The notes: generated by a model from the letters alone, not told the origin. 64,000 nt of DNA from Armatimonadota bacterium (GCA_039679675.1 JBDKUN010000056.1:1-64000), one strand, 5' to 3'; positions 19,706 through 29,723 are shown, numbered from the stretch's first letter. Numbers and translations: made by a program.

Positions 19706-21382
19706 ATGAGAATTATAAAGTCTGTTATGGTTGTTATTGGCGTTCTATGCGCTCTATCATTCTCTAGTAGACAGGCGGCAGCCATTACCTGGAGCATGGA
19801 CACTGTTATAGACGGGCAGTATAGCTCAATCGTAATGGACGGGAGCGGCAGCCTGCACCTGGCATATTACGATTTCAGGGCTGGATCACTAAAATACGCG
19901 GTCAAGAGCGGCGGCACGTGGTCAACACAAGTTGTGGACGGCCCCGGATACAGAGGTATGTATCCTTCGCTCGTTCTGGATGCATCGGGAAACCCGCATA
20001 TCAGCTATTACGATTACTGGAACGGCGACATGAAGTACGCGTCGTTAGTTGGAACTGCGTGGCAGATTACCACAGTCGATAGTGTAGGCAACGTCGGCAT
20101 GTTTTCATCTCTTGCACTGGACTCCAGCGGAAACCCGCACATCAGCTACTACGATTACGGAAACGGCAAGCTGAAATATGCATCGATGGTTTCCGGCAAC
20201 TGGTCGGTAGAGGTGGTTGATTCGGACAGCGATGTCGGCCAGTACTCATCAATTGCATTGGACCCATCCGGCAAGCCCGTGATCAGCTATTATGACTATA
20301 CCAAAGGTGATCTGAAATGCGCTGACTGGGACGGTACGCAGTGGCACCGCGTGGTAATCGACTCTGACGGCAATGTGGGGCAGTTTACGTCGCTTGCAAT
20401 AGATGCTTCCGGCACCAGGCAGATCAGTTATTATAAGACTACCAGTCTCGCTTATGCGGGGTACAAGAACGGCTCGTGGGCAACAGAAGTTGTCGACAGC
20501 TCTACCGGCGCCGGATACGGGACAGCTATGTCCGTTGGAGACGGCGGCGTTGTGCATATTGCCTACTATGTGTTCGGCACACATGATCTCAAATATGCAG
20601 CCAGAATAGGCGGGCTATGGACAACCAGCACGGTCGATGCTGCTGGAGATGTGGGGCAGAACCCTGCGATTTGTCTCGATACTGCCGGTGCTCCTTTGAT
20701 CTCCTGCTTCGATGCCACCAATCTGTGCGTTAAGATCGCATCGGTGCAGTACACCGATGACATCTCTGCAGCCAGGAAGCCGGACACGGACATCGTGTCT
20801 GTCGGCGGGCAGGTAGTGACAGCAGCTTACGATGGTTACTTCTATATCGAGGCCCCTGATCGCTCTGCCGGAATACGCGTCGATAGACCAGCTCATGGCT
20901 TAAGTGCCGGCCAGACGGTGAATGTGGCAGGAAAACCACTGACGAACGGTGACGGTGAGAGATACATAGCAGCGGTAGCGGTTGGTAAAACCGGCCTCGG
21001 CTCAGTCGGGCCATTCGGAATGTCGAATAAATCGGTGGGCGGCACGGATCTTTTATCGGACGGCAAAATTGTGCAGTGCGGTGTCCTTGACGGATCGGGC
21101 CCTAATAATATAGGAAGGCTCATCAAGGTTTGGGGGAAGATCACGCAGAAAGACCCTTCCGGCAGTTATGTCTATATCGACGATGGATCGGGACTTCTTG
21201 ACGGTTCATACACGGGCAGCGCTAAGAACACCGGCGTGCGGGTTGCGATGGATGGCAATGGATACAAGGAAGGCGATTTTCTGGCCATTACCGGTGTCAG
21301 CTCTTGTTTCCGCAATAAAACAACCGGCGAAGTCTGTCGCCTTGTGCGTGTTTCGAGTGTATCCGAGATCCCAGCTGAATAA
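19706..21382 (+). CDS. Secreted beta-propeller-like repeat protein with a lineage-typical C-terminal domain
   Basis: Signal peptide; about 7 repeats of S(L/I)xxDxxGxPHISYYD....LKYA...W....VD; C-terminal YFYIEAPDRSAGIRV...GPNNIGRLIKVWGKIT...YIDDGSG. Confidence 0.85.
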   Translation: MRIIKSVMVVIGVLCALSFSSRQAAAITWSMDTVIDGQYSSIVMDGSGSLHLAYYDFRAGSLKYAVKSGGTWSTQVVDGPGYRGMYPSLVLDASGNPHISYYDYWNGDMKYASLVGTAWQITTVDSVGNVGMFSSLALDSSGNPHISYYDYGNGKLKYASMVSGNWSVEVVDSDSDVGQYSSIALDPSGKPVISYYDYTKGDLKCADWDGTQWHRVVIDSDGNVGQFTSLAIDASGTRQISYYKTTSLAYAGYKNGSWATEVVDSSTGAGYGTAMSVGDGGVVHIAYYVFGTHDLKYAARIGGLWTTSTVDAAGDVGQNPAICLDTAGAPLISCFDATNLCVKIASVQYTDDISAARKPDTDIVSVGGQVVTAAYDGYFYIEAPDRSAGIRVDRPAHGLSAGQTVNVAGKPLTNGDGERYIAAVAVGKTGLGSVGPFGMSNKSVGGTDLLSDGKIVQCGVLDGSGPNNIGRLIKVWGKITQKDPSGSYVYIDDGSGLLDGSYTGSAKNTGVRVAMDGNGYKEGDFLAITGVSSCFRNKTTGEVCRLVRVSSVSEIPAE

Positions 21383-21407
21383 ATAGCCGGACATTTTATT
21401 TATAAGT

Positions 21408-21435
21408 AAAAGCCGGTTCTTCCATATCCGGCTTT
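21408..21435 (+). terminator. Terminator hairpin
   Basis: AAAGCCGG...CCGGCTTT. Confidence 0.55.
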
Positions 21436-21444
21436 GGTATTACC

Positions 21445-21525
21445 GGTAAAATTACCAGTTTTTGTTGGAAATTTGATTTTTCGGCTGTCAAAAGTCTTGA
21501 CTGTTAAGCGTTCAGATGCTATATT
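21445..21525 (+). promoter_or_regulatory. GGTAAAATTACC palindrome + TTGACT-N17-TATATT promoter
   Basis: Palindrome 21445-21456; -35 at 21497-21502, 40 bp gap. Confidence 0.7.
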
Positions 21526-21692
21526 TCACGATAGGTATGTGGCGTGTATCAAGTAGCCAGTTAATTAGCAAGAGTGTTAATTGCACCACATCTCTTATCT
21601 GAATGGCAGCAATGTAGAACAATGACAGGTTCAATCGGCATATATGTCGTTTTCCGAAAAGTCCGTTATTGTCGTAATGGGAGGAAACTACT

Positions 21693-22361
21693 TTGAAAAG
21701 AAGAATTGTTTGCGCGGCTTTATGCCTTGCTTCAATACTGGTCACAATGAGCCCGCATGTAGCCAGAGCTGATTCAGGAGTGCTTTTTGGTAACTTGCCG
21801 TGGCCTTCTGGGTCCAGCTACACGGCACCGGCAAGTGATACCGTTTTTCTGGATATCAATCCGATGTACAATATTACCAAATCCGGTATATTGACAAGAT
21901 GGGATTGGTACGCTCAAAGTTCGCTCTGCAGCGGGGCTTCCGATTCTATGTACCTAATGGTTTGGCGCCCAACTATCAATAATTCGAGTATTTATACCCT
22001 TGAATATCAGCAATGGGTTCCCAACAAGACCGATGGTGCGCAATGGGTTGACGCAGAAGGCAACTTTCTTGTTAAGCAGGGAGATGTACTGGGGTTTTAT
22101 TTGTCGGCGGGCAGTCAACATGGTATCGCAGAAGCCTATAACCTCGGTTCTAGTTCCAGTGTATCCTGGACTACCTCAGGGCCTTTGAGTGTTGGCGCTA
22201 CACATAGCATTGGTGAGGGTGAAGTCACGAAAAGCAGCAAAACTTACGCGCTGGCTGCAGAAATATCACCTGTGCCTGAACCGAGCACAGTTGTCGCTGC
22301 ACTCTCGGTCCTTGCTCCGGTGGGGTTGTTCTTCAGGCGCAAACGCAAGCCGGTTTTATAG
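21693..22361 (+). CDS. PEP-CTERM sorting-domain protein
   Basis: TTG start after GGAGG, signal peptide, tail VPEPSTVVAALSVLAPVGLFFRRKRK. Confidence 0.92.
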   Translation: MKRRIVCAALCLASILVTMSPHVARADSGVLFGNLPWPSGSSYTAPASDTVFLDINPMYNITKSGILTRWDWYAQSSLCSGASDSMYLMVWRPTINNSSIYTLEYQQWVPNKTDGAQWVDAEGNFLVKQGDVLGFYLSAGSQHGIAEAYNLGSSSSVSWTTSGPLSVGATHSIGEGEVTKSSKTYALAAEISPVPEPSTVVAALSVLAPVGLFFRRKRKPVL

Positions 22362-22372
22362 AATCAGTTATA

Positions 22373-22434
22373 GATTTTTGGCTATCGTCGAAAATCTTTC
22401 GGAAGAGTTTCGAGTGTCACCTGAAACTCATTAG
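22373..22434. repeat. Diverged stand-alone copy of the twin-hairpin element nested at 17106-17172
   Basis: GATTTTTGGCTATCGTCGAAAATCTTTCGGAAGAGTTTCGAGTGTCACCTGAAACTC aligns colinearly with GGTTTTCGGCTATAGCCGAAAATCTTCCGGGCGAGTTTCAGGTATAACCTGAAACTC. Confidence 0.7.
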
Positions 22435-22566
22435 TAGTCTCCTCCTTCATACAAGGGGCCGATGGATATTTCCGCCATTGGCCCCTTTTTCCGTCGCTAT
22501 AGCGGCATTGTTCCCGGTATATGTGCCGGTTTTTACCGGAAATTGCTGTCAAAAAGTCTGCTTTCC

Positions 22567-22595
22567 TTGACAAAGCTTGCCTGGTAAGCTAAATT
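22567..22595 (+). promoter_or_regulatory. Sigma70 promoter of the wza-wzc-capD-like operon
   Basis: TTGACA-N17-TAAATT; degenerate box GGTATATGTGCC 39 bp upstream (22516-22527). Confidence 0.6.
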
Positions 22596-22937
22596 ATATT
22601 CAGAATTACATCTTTCCGCCTGTGAAGTTTACATCATGGGGTTCTGCGTATTATATGCGACTATTTTGATAGTGATAAGAGTCCATAATATGGCATGTAT
22701 TCCATGATGCATGCAGTTGTGGTGCTGGCAGGGGGCTGCAGGTGTCAGACACTACACCTTGAAGGTATATTAATCTATATATGACAGCCTCGCACAAATA
22801 CCACTAGAACAAGCAGCTCTGTTAACAGTATCACAACATACAATGTCTGAAACCAAGTCCAGCCGCTTTCGCAGTTGGGTTATTTTTTAAGTTTAACTGG
22901 CAAGTTTGCCGCATCGCTTCCAGGAGGATGTGTTCCT

Positions 22938-24149
22938 ATGGTCATTAACATCAGCAATACCGGCAGTCATCATAAATGCATATTACAGACGAGGGTATTT
23001 ATCTCTATATTTGTCCTCTTCATACTGCTTGCATTGCCGGTTTTGGGAAATGCCGCCGATGCGGATTACAGGCTCGGTCCAGAAGATGTCATTACCGTTA
23101 TGGTGCTGAACCATACGGAGTTTTCAGGTGATTTCTATATACCGACCGATGGAAAGATCACGATTCCTCTTGCCGGAACCGTGGAAGTCACAGGCAAGAC
23201 ACTCGTCGAAGCCGCTGCGCTGATCGCTGACAAACTGAAGAGCGAACTCAACGACCCTGATGTCACAATCGTGCTGAAGACGCCCAGACCCCAGCTCGTT
23301 TATGTGATGGGCGCAGTCAAACAGCCTGGACCATACAACCTGAAGCCGGGATGGCGTATCACGGAAGCTGTGACAGCCGCTGGAGGGATTCCTTCCGGCA
23401 TAGAGGCCGCTGATTGCAAGGTCAGCATACTTCGCGGGACAAGCGGAGACAAGCAAACGGTCTCACTGCAGGAGGCCATGAGGGGCAATGAATCAGCTAA
23501 TCAGGCTGTCCGCGCCGGTGATGTAATTACCGTCGAAAATGTTGAACTCATACCTGTATATGTGATGGGCAAAGTCGCGAGACCCGGTGTCTATAACATC
23601 CGAAAAGACAGTGCCGGTATTCTGGAAGCCATCACGATGGCCGGGGGCACTCTGGATGACGCCGCGCTTACCAAAGTCACAGTGACCCACCTAAACGGTT
23701 CATCTGAGACTGTGAACATCGTTCCTGCCACTATCGAAGGCAAGCAGGAAACACCTGTCAAGCTGCAGTCGGGCGATCTGCTGGTAGTTCCAGACTCCGT
23801 TGCGCGGTTTGCGGTTATGGGATGGGTAAATGCTCCCGGATTCTTCCCGCTGAAGGAGAACCAGCAGGTGACACTTTCCGATGCTCTGGCGCTTGCCCGC
23901 GGAGCAGACAACAAAAGGGGCGGACTGAAGAAAGTGGCGATTCTCCGCACAAATAGCGGCAAGCAGGAGAGGCTGGTCGTGGATTTTCAAAAGTTCGCGA
24001 AAAAGGGCGATATGTCTCAGAACCCGGTAATCCAGGCCGGAGATATTGTATGGGTGCCTGAGACAGGAAAACCGGACTGGGACAGAGTTTTTTCTAATCT
24101 GTCTACAGGTTTATCTCTGATTTGGTCGATTGACCGGTGGAAGGATTAG
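22938..24149 (+). CDS. Polysaccharide export protein (Wza/Poly_export + SLBB repeats)
   Basis: YRLGPEDVITV, DGKITIPLAG, three V.G.V..PG.Y SLBB units; ATG after AGGAGG. Confidence 0.9.
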   Translation: MVINISNTGSHHKCILQTRVFISIFVLFILLALPVLGNAADADYRLGPEDVITVMVLNHTEFSGDFYIPTDGKITIPLAGTVEVTGKTLVEAAALIADKLKSELNDPDVTIVLKTPRPQLVYVMGAVKQPGPYNLKPGWRITEAVTAAGGIPSGIEAADCKVSILRGTSGDKQTVSLQEAMRGNESANQAVRAGDVITVENVELIPVYVMGKVARPGVYNIRKDSAGILEAITMAGGTLDDAALTKVTVTHLNGSSETVNIVPATIEGKQETPVKLQSGDLLVVPDSVARFAVMGWVNAPGFFPLKENQQVTLSDALALARGADNKRGGLKKVAILRTNSGKQERLVVDFQKFAKKGDMSQNPVIQAGDIVWVPETGKPDWDRVFSNLSTGLSLIWSIDRWKD

Positions 24150-24170
24150 GGGAAGGGTGGTCGCAGATAA

Positions 24171-26372
24171 ATGAGCTTGACTGACCGGCATATAACAACT
24201 ATGGACAACGCGCCACTTGCCCAAACGGCCGATGTTTATCCGCATAGCGCGCCTCCCGTTGAGCAGATCGAGCTGTCGCGGGTCCTTGACGTGATCAGAA
24301 GGCGCTTTTGGCTGATGCTCGCGACGCTTGTCGTTGTGCTGGCTGCCGGAGCGGTCTTCACACTCCATCAAAAACCGGTGTACGAGTCCACCGCGCTCAT
24401 GATCGTCGCCACGAACGGCCCGGTGACTGTCAACAGCAATGACGCGACCGTTGTGAGCGATGTCGTAGCGCTTACCAAGTCCAGGTCCATTCAGTCGCAG
24501 ATCGAGCTGATCTCCAGCCCGGAAGTCATTCGCGATGCTTCAATGAAGCTTGGCGAAGGAAGCTTGACCAAAGGATTCGGAGCGATAAACATTCCGCAGT
24601 GGGCTCTCAGTGTGGATTCCAAGAAGGACTCGGATGTCATCAGCATAACAGCCAAAGCTTACGACCCGGAGGTGGCTGCAAACCTGGCTAACTCGCTGGT
24701 GTCGGCATATATAGAGCGCGATCAGATGTCCGCCAGCCAAGCCTCCAGACAGGGCCGGGAATACGTATCCAGTGAGCTGAAGTCGGTGAGCGATCAGTTG
24801 TCAGATGCTCGTAAAAAACTCTCCGATTACAAGAAAGAAACCAAGATGCTCGCTGCGGATGATCAGCTGAGGGCTATTGCAGGAAACCTGGTTTCTCTTC
24901 AGATGGACCAGGACAAAGCCGACATAGAACTGGCTGCCGCTCAAAAGGAAGCCGAAACTTTCAAGAATCAGCTGGCGAAAGACGGCCATGAGGTCGAGGG
25001 GAGCAGCACAATACAGCTCAGCCCTCAATATCAACAGGCTCTGACTACCCTTGCGAAGCTCTACACCGACCGCGCCAGTCTGATCCAGGAATACGCTCCT
25101 GAGTCGAAGCAGATAAAGAAGATCGATGGCGCTATCGCTTCGACAATCCAGGTGATGAACCAGGCTGCCCAGACAATTACGGCGACCAAGGTCAAAACAA
25201 GGAACCCGGACATCCAGAACTACACGGGGGCTTTGGTGAACCGTGCTGCCTCCAGTGCCAGGATCAAGGCGCTGAAGCGCGTTCTGGCTGCGAGAGATGC
25301 GCAGGTGCAGGCTCTGCCTGAGCAGGAAAGAGCACTTACGAAACTGATCGAGAAGGTGACCGTGCTCGAGCGGACATACCAGATGCTCTCCGACAAGTAC
25401 TACACCCTCCTTGTCAACGAAAAGTCCACGGTGCCGAGTGCAAAGTTTGCTTCGACAGCTTACCCTGCCCCTTCACCGTCGGCGCCTGACAAAAAGAAAA
25501 ATGCGGCGCTGTTCTTCCTTCTGGGGTGCATGCTGTCGGTCGGTGTCGCTACGGTTGCTGAGCGGCTGGACAAGAAGGTCCGGTATGACGACATAATCGT
25601 CAAGCTGACGGGAGAAGCCCCGCTTGCAGTGATCCCGAACTTGAAGGGTGCGGACAAAGCGAACCTGCAGCTCGAGTCGGTGGACCAGAGCAGCGGGTTC
25701 ATAGAAGCGTTCAGGGTCCTACGCAATATAATAGACTTCGGAACAAAGGAAAATCCGGTCCAGATAGTTGCGGTGACAAGCCCAGGAAGGGCGGAAGGCA
25801 AGTCCATCACGTCCGTCAATCTCGCCGTTGCCGCGGCACTCTCCGGTAAGAAGGTGCTGGTTGTAGACTGTGACTTGAGGCGTCCGTCACTGCACAAGAA
25901 AGCTTCTATCAAGAAAAATATCGGCTTTACCAACCTGGTCAGAGGGCTGATAAGCATAGAAGAGGCCGCAATGCCGACCCATATACCCAATCTATACTGC
26001 CTCCCAGCAGGGCCGATACCGCCAAACCCCGCGGATTTCCTTAATCTGCCGGAATGCCGCGCAACTTTCGAGAAGCTCCGGGAGAAATACGATTGGGTGA
26101 TAATAGATGGGCCTCCATGCGCCGGACTGAGCGATATGCAGGTTGTATCGACTATTTCCGACGGGGTATTGCTGGTCGTTTCGGTTAACCAGACCGAGAA
26201 GAGCACCCTCCAGAACTCGGTGAGGGTCCTCTCTCTGATTGGCGCCCCTTACATCGGGTCAATAGTCAATAAATGCAATGACAACTACGGCGGGTATGAT
26301 GCTTACCGCCCGATAGCAAACATTAATGAATCAGATATCCCTGCAATCGATGATGGAAATGATCAGGACTAG
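24171..26372 (+). CDS. Polysaccharide co-polymerase / BY-kinase (Wzc/GumC-like)
   Basis: Two TMs, PVYESTA, coiled coil, EAFRVLR, Walker A TSPGRAEGKS, DCDLRRP, IIDGPP, short Tyr cluster YGGYDAY. Confidence 0.92.
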   Translation: MSLTDRHITTMDNAPLAQTADVYPHSAPPVEQIELSRVLDVIRRRFWLMLATLVVVLAAGAVFTLHQKPVYESTALMIVATNGPVTVNSNDATVVSDVVALTKSRSIQSQIELISSPEVIRDASMKLGEGSLTKGFGAINIPQWALSVDSKKDSDVISITAKAYDPEVAANLANSLVSAYIERDQMSASQASRQGREYVSSELKSVSDQLSDARKKLSDYKKETKMLAADDQLRAIAGNLVSLQMDQDKADIELAAAQKEAETFKNQLAKDGHEVEGSSTIQLSPQYQQALTTLAKLYTDRASLIQEYAPESKQIKKIDGAIASTIQVMNQAAQTITATKVKTRNPDIQNYTGALVNRAASSARIKALKRVLAARDAQVQALPEQERALTKLIEKVTVLERTYQMLSDKYYTLLVNEKSTVPSAKFASTAYPAPSPSAPDKKKNAALFFLLGCMLSVGVATVAERLDKKVRYDDIIVKLTGEAPLAVIPNLKGADKANLQLESVDQSSGFIEAFRVLRNIIDFGTKENPVQIVAVTSPGRAEGKSITSVNLAVAAALSGKKVLVVDCDLRRPSLHKKASIKKNIGFTNLVRGLISIEEAAMPTHIPNLYCLPAGPIPPNPADFLNLPECRATFEKLREKYDWVIIDGPPCAGLSDMQVVSTISDGVLLVVSVNQTEKSTLQNSVRVLSLIGAPYIGSIVNKCNDNYGGYDAYRPIANINESDIPAIDDGNDQD

Positions 26373-26375
26373 CAA

Positions 26376-28301
26376 ATGATACGCAGAAGTCTGAGTAAAG
26401 CGGAGTCCGTAGGATGGCGCGTTGCGCTTGCCTTTGCGGATGAGTTTATTGTGTTCGTCTCGTTTCTCGTCGCTTTATGGATGAGATTCGATGACAAGCC
26501 GCTGCTTCAGACCTGGAATCATTACGTCGGCCCCAGGTTCCCGGGCATTCTGCTGTCTGTCGCGTTCTACTTCCTGGTGCTTGTGGCATCGAAGATGTAT
26601 CTGCAGGCGTGGCGCTTTGCGGGATTTGAGACCATATTTTCCCTTATACGGGCAAGTATCATAGCTGTAGCCGGAATGGTGCTTATCCAATACTGTCTCT
26701 ATGCCGATATGATGCCGCGGAGCGTATTGTTTCTCTACTGGCTTTTGAGCTTGCTCGGCATCGGCACCCTCAGGCTGGGGATCAGGATGCTCGGCCGCCG
26801 TTTTCTGTCTTCTGTCTGCAATGAAAAAAAAGATAATACAACGGCAACAGTCCGAACTATCATAGTCGGACCTGCCGAACAGGCACTCGCTATAGTCAAG
26901 GCTATCGCACATACAAGCAGTATGCGCTACTATTCGATTATCGGGTTCCTTGACGACAGTGATGAAAAGCAGGGGTTGTTCTTCGGCGGGGTCAAGGTCC
27001 TAGGGACTACTGATCTCTTGACCAAATATCTCGAAAATCGTGAAATAGACGAAGTTATATTCGCCCAGACCGATGATTCGGACCCTGATGACATACGCGA
27101 CCTGGTTCTGGAGTGCAGAAAGCGGAAAGTCCTTGCAAAAGTGATTCCGAACCTTGAAGACCAACTGCTCCGGCCCAGATACCTGCGGATCGAAGACATC
27201 CAGATGGAAGATTTGCTTCGGCGCCCGATGAGATCGGTCGATGTGAAGTCCTATGCAGGGTATCTGACAGGCAAGAGGGTCCTTATCACAGGAGCCGGAG
27301 GCTCCATAGGCTCTGAGATCTGCCGCCAGGTGATGAGGCTCGACCCTGCGGAGGTCATCCTGCTTGGACACGGTGAAAACTCGATATTCAGAATCGCCCA
27401 GGAACTCAGGCGCGATTATCCTGAGATGTCCAGCAACATTTTTACGATCATATCATCCATAACCAATCAGAAGCGGATCAGCAGGGTATTCAAGCGGTTC
27501 CGTCCGCAGGTGGTGTTTCATGCCGCCGCGCACAAGCATCTGCCGCTTATGGAAGAGAACATCTGCGAGGCGGTGCATAACAATGTCATCGGCACTCATA
27601 ACGTAGTCAATGCCTGCGTGGAATACGGCGTCGAAAAGATGGTCCAGATATCGACGGATAAGGCTGCGGAGCCTTCCAGTATAATGGGCGCGACCAAGTG
27701 GATCTGCGAGATGGTGGCAAGGACCGCCGCAAAGCAGTATCCTGATACGGCATTCGTATGCGTCAGGTTCGGAAACGTCCTGGGCAGCAGAGGCAGTGTT
27801 ATCCCGGTCTTCCAGGAGCAGATAAGGACCGGCGGCCCGGTGACAGTGACCCATCCAGAGATGACCAGGTTCTTCATGGCTATACCTGAGGCCGTACGCC
27901 TGGTAATCCAGGCCGGTGCCGTAGGAAATAGCGGCGCTATATATGTGCTGGACATGGGCAAGCCCGTACGGATACTCGACCTGGCGGAAGATATGATCCG
28001 GTTGAACGGCTACGAGCCCGAAACGGACATTCAGATAGCGTTCACGGGAATCAGACCCGGCGAGAAGATGCATGAGACCCTCGCCTCGAACCAGGAACAG
28101 CTGGAACGCACACAATATGACGGTTTGAACAAGGTCCAGGGAGAAGTAGCCCTGACATACACCGAAGCAGAGGATATCGTGGAGAGGTTCCGGCATCTTG
28201 CACTGTCTCTCGACGGCGAAGGAGTCCTCGAAATGCTGCAGGAAGTTGTGCCGGGTTATGCAAAGTCAGCCAGGGCAATGTACTCAAGACAGGTATCGTA
28301 A
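26376..28301 (+). CDS. Membrane-bound NDP-sugar 4,6-dehydratase/epimerase (CapD/PglF-like)
   Basis: 4 TMs, EDLLRR, ITGAGGSIGSE, HAAAHKH, ISTDKA, MGATK, VRFGNVLGSRGSV, GIRPGEKMHE. Confidence 0.93.
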   Translation: MIRRSLSKAESVGWRVALAFADEFIVFVSFLVALWMRFDDKPLLQTWNHYVGPRFPGILLSVAFYFLVLVASKMYLQAWRFAGFETIFSLIRASIIAVAGMVLIQYCLYADMMPRSVLFLYWLLSLLGIGTLRLGIRMLGRRFLSSVCNEKKDNTTATVRTIIVGPAEQALAIVKAIAHTSSMRYYSIIGFLDDSDEKQGLFFGGVKVLGTTDLLTKYLENREIDEVIFAQTDDSDPDDIRDLVLECRKRKVLAKVIPNLEDQLLRPRYLRIEDIQMEDLLRRPMRSVDVKSYAGYLTGKRVLITGAGGSIGSEICRQVMRLDPAEVILLGHGENSIFRIAQELRRDYPEMSSNIFTIISSITNQKRISRVFKRFRPQVVFHAAAHKHLPLMEENICEAVHNNVIGTHNVVNACVEYGVEKMVQISTDKAAEPSSIMGATKWICEMVARTAAKQYPDTAFVCVRFGNVLGSRGSVIPVFQEQIRTGGPVTVTHPEMTRFFMAIPEAVRLVIQAGAVGNSGAIYVLDMGKPVRILDLAEDMIRLNGYEPETDIQIAFTGIRPGEKMHETLASNQEQLERTQYDGLNKVQGEVALTYTEAEDIVERFRHLALSLDGEGVLEMLQEVVPGYAKSARAMYSRQVS

Positions 28302-28445
28302 GAGCGAGAACTACTGACGCTCAGAGGGCGAAATACGAAAATCAGTGATTGCGCATTATCGAATATCTGAAGACGCAATATTATTTACCCCGTTATAACT
28401 TGTTCTCTAAAACCACAGCCAGGATCATCTTCAATATAGCTGATT

Positions 28446-29723
28446 CTAAATGCCAGCCTGGTAGTCGCGCAAAGCTTTCTTGGCGCGTGGATCATCCGAT
28501 TTCTCAAGTGCTTTGGATGCTGCAGTACGCACATCAGCAGATTCATCGGAAAGTGCAGCGATTAGGGCATCTATCGCAGTATCTCCGCCTAATTTACCAA
28601 GCGACAAGGCAGCGCTGCATCTATCAGTCGATTTATCCGCGTCAACGTCAGGACTTTCAAGGATATTGATTAACGGCTCGATGGCGCGTGGATCACCTGT
28701 GTTACCAAGAGCACTAATTACAACGTTATGTACAACTGGATGAGGATCGCCCAGCATTGCAATTAGTGCATCTGTAATTTTGGGGTCTTTGAAGCTTCTG
28801 CCCAAACACTCTGCTGCGACCCAACGCACCATGGGATCGCTGTCAGTTTGCATCGCTCCTAGAATAGGTTCTTTTACCATGGGATCGCCGATTGCTTCCA
28901 GTGCATAGATAGTATTTAGACGTACATCGAAATATTCATCACTCTCCAACACTGCGAGGAGATGACGCGTTGCGCGAGGATCCTTAAGCTTAGCTAGAGC
29001 CAAAGCGGCTCCAAGCCGCAAGAAATGGTCCCCTGTCCTTAATGCCAGTATTAGTGGCTCGACAGCGCGGGAATCGTTGAGCTTTCCAAGCGATCCAGCC
29101 ATATGAATTCTTGATTTGTCACCGGAAACACGCAGTGCCTCTATAAGAGGTTCAACAGCATCAGTATCACCCAATTCGCCGAGGGCCGTTGCTGCAGAAA
29201 ATCTCAGGACTGAATCATCGTCTTTGAGTGCAGTTATAAGATATGGCAGAGCCCGCTTGTCTCCGAGGTAACCAAGTCCATCGATAGCCCCATAATGCAC
29301 TGCTGGATATGGATCTTGTAATGCGGCCACCAAATCTTCAAAGATGATAGGATTACCGATCATTCCCAACATGTGTGCTGCACTGCTGCGCACGATGTAG
29401 TTGCTATCATGCCATAGGATATGTTTTATAGGATCGATAGCACGTTTGTCCTTAAGCTTACCAAGCCCAAACATCGCGTTTACCTTAACGGCTGCATCCT
29501 CGTCTTTCAGTGCATTGAGAAATGCATCTGCCGCGCGCGGCTCGGTACGGCTGCAAAGGATATTAGTTACCGCTCTTCGAATCTCCAAATTTGGGCTTTG
29601 TAGTCCAGCAATCAGTTTGTCTACAAAGGTCTCCCAAGACTCCTGCAGTACACGATAGGCATTATTTATTACCTGTTCGTCATTACTTGCCAGAGCATTA
29701 ATCAAAGATTCGACATCATCCAT
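28446..29723 (-). CDS. HEAT-repeat (PBS lyase-like) protein
   Basis: About 12 repeats of 'LxD....VR..AA.ALG.LGD.RAVEPL'. Confidence 0.92.
   Translation of the reverse strand: MDDVESLINALASNDEQVINNAYRVLQESWETFVDKLIAGLQSPNLEIRRAVTNILCSRTEPRAADAFLNALKDEDAAVKVNAMFGLGKLKDKRAIDPIKHILWHDSNYIVRSSAAHMLGMIGNPIIFEDLVAALQDPYPAVHYGAIDGLGYLGDKRALPYLITALKDDDSVLRFSAATALGELGDTDAVEPLIEALRVSGDKSRIHMAGSLGKLNDSRAVEPLILALRTGDHFLRLGAALALAKLKDPRATRHLLAVLESDEYFDVRLNTIYALEAIGDPMVKEPILGAMQTDSDPMVRWVAAECLGRSFKDPKITDALIAMLGDPHPVVHNVVISALGNTGDPRAIEPLINILESPDVDADKSTDRCSAALSLGKLGGDTAIDALIAALSDESADVRTAASKALEKSDDPRAKKALRDYQAGI

Noticed and set aside
19800..20720. Repeated DNA (GGAAACCCGCA.ATCAGCTA.TACGATTAC) as CRISPR-like array
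   Set aside because: In-frame protein repeats of the propeller domain; no constant repeat-spacer structure and no cas genes
22600..22937. ops/JUMPstart antitermination element in the long wza leader
   Set aside because: No GGCGGTAG-like motif found
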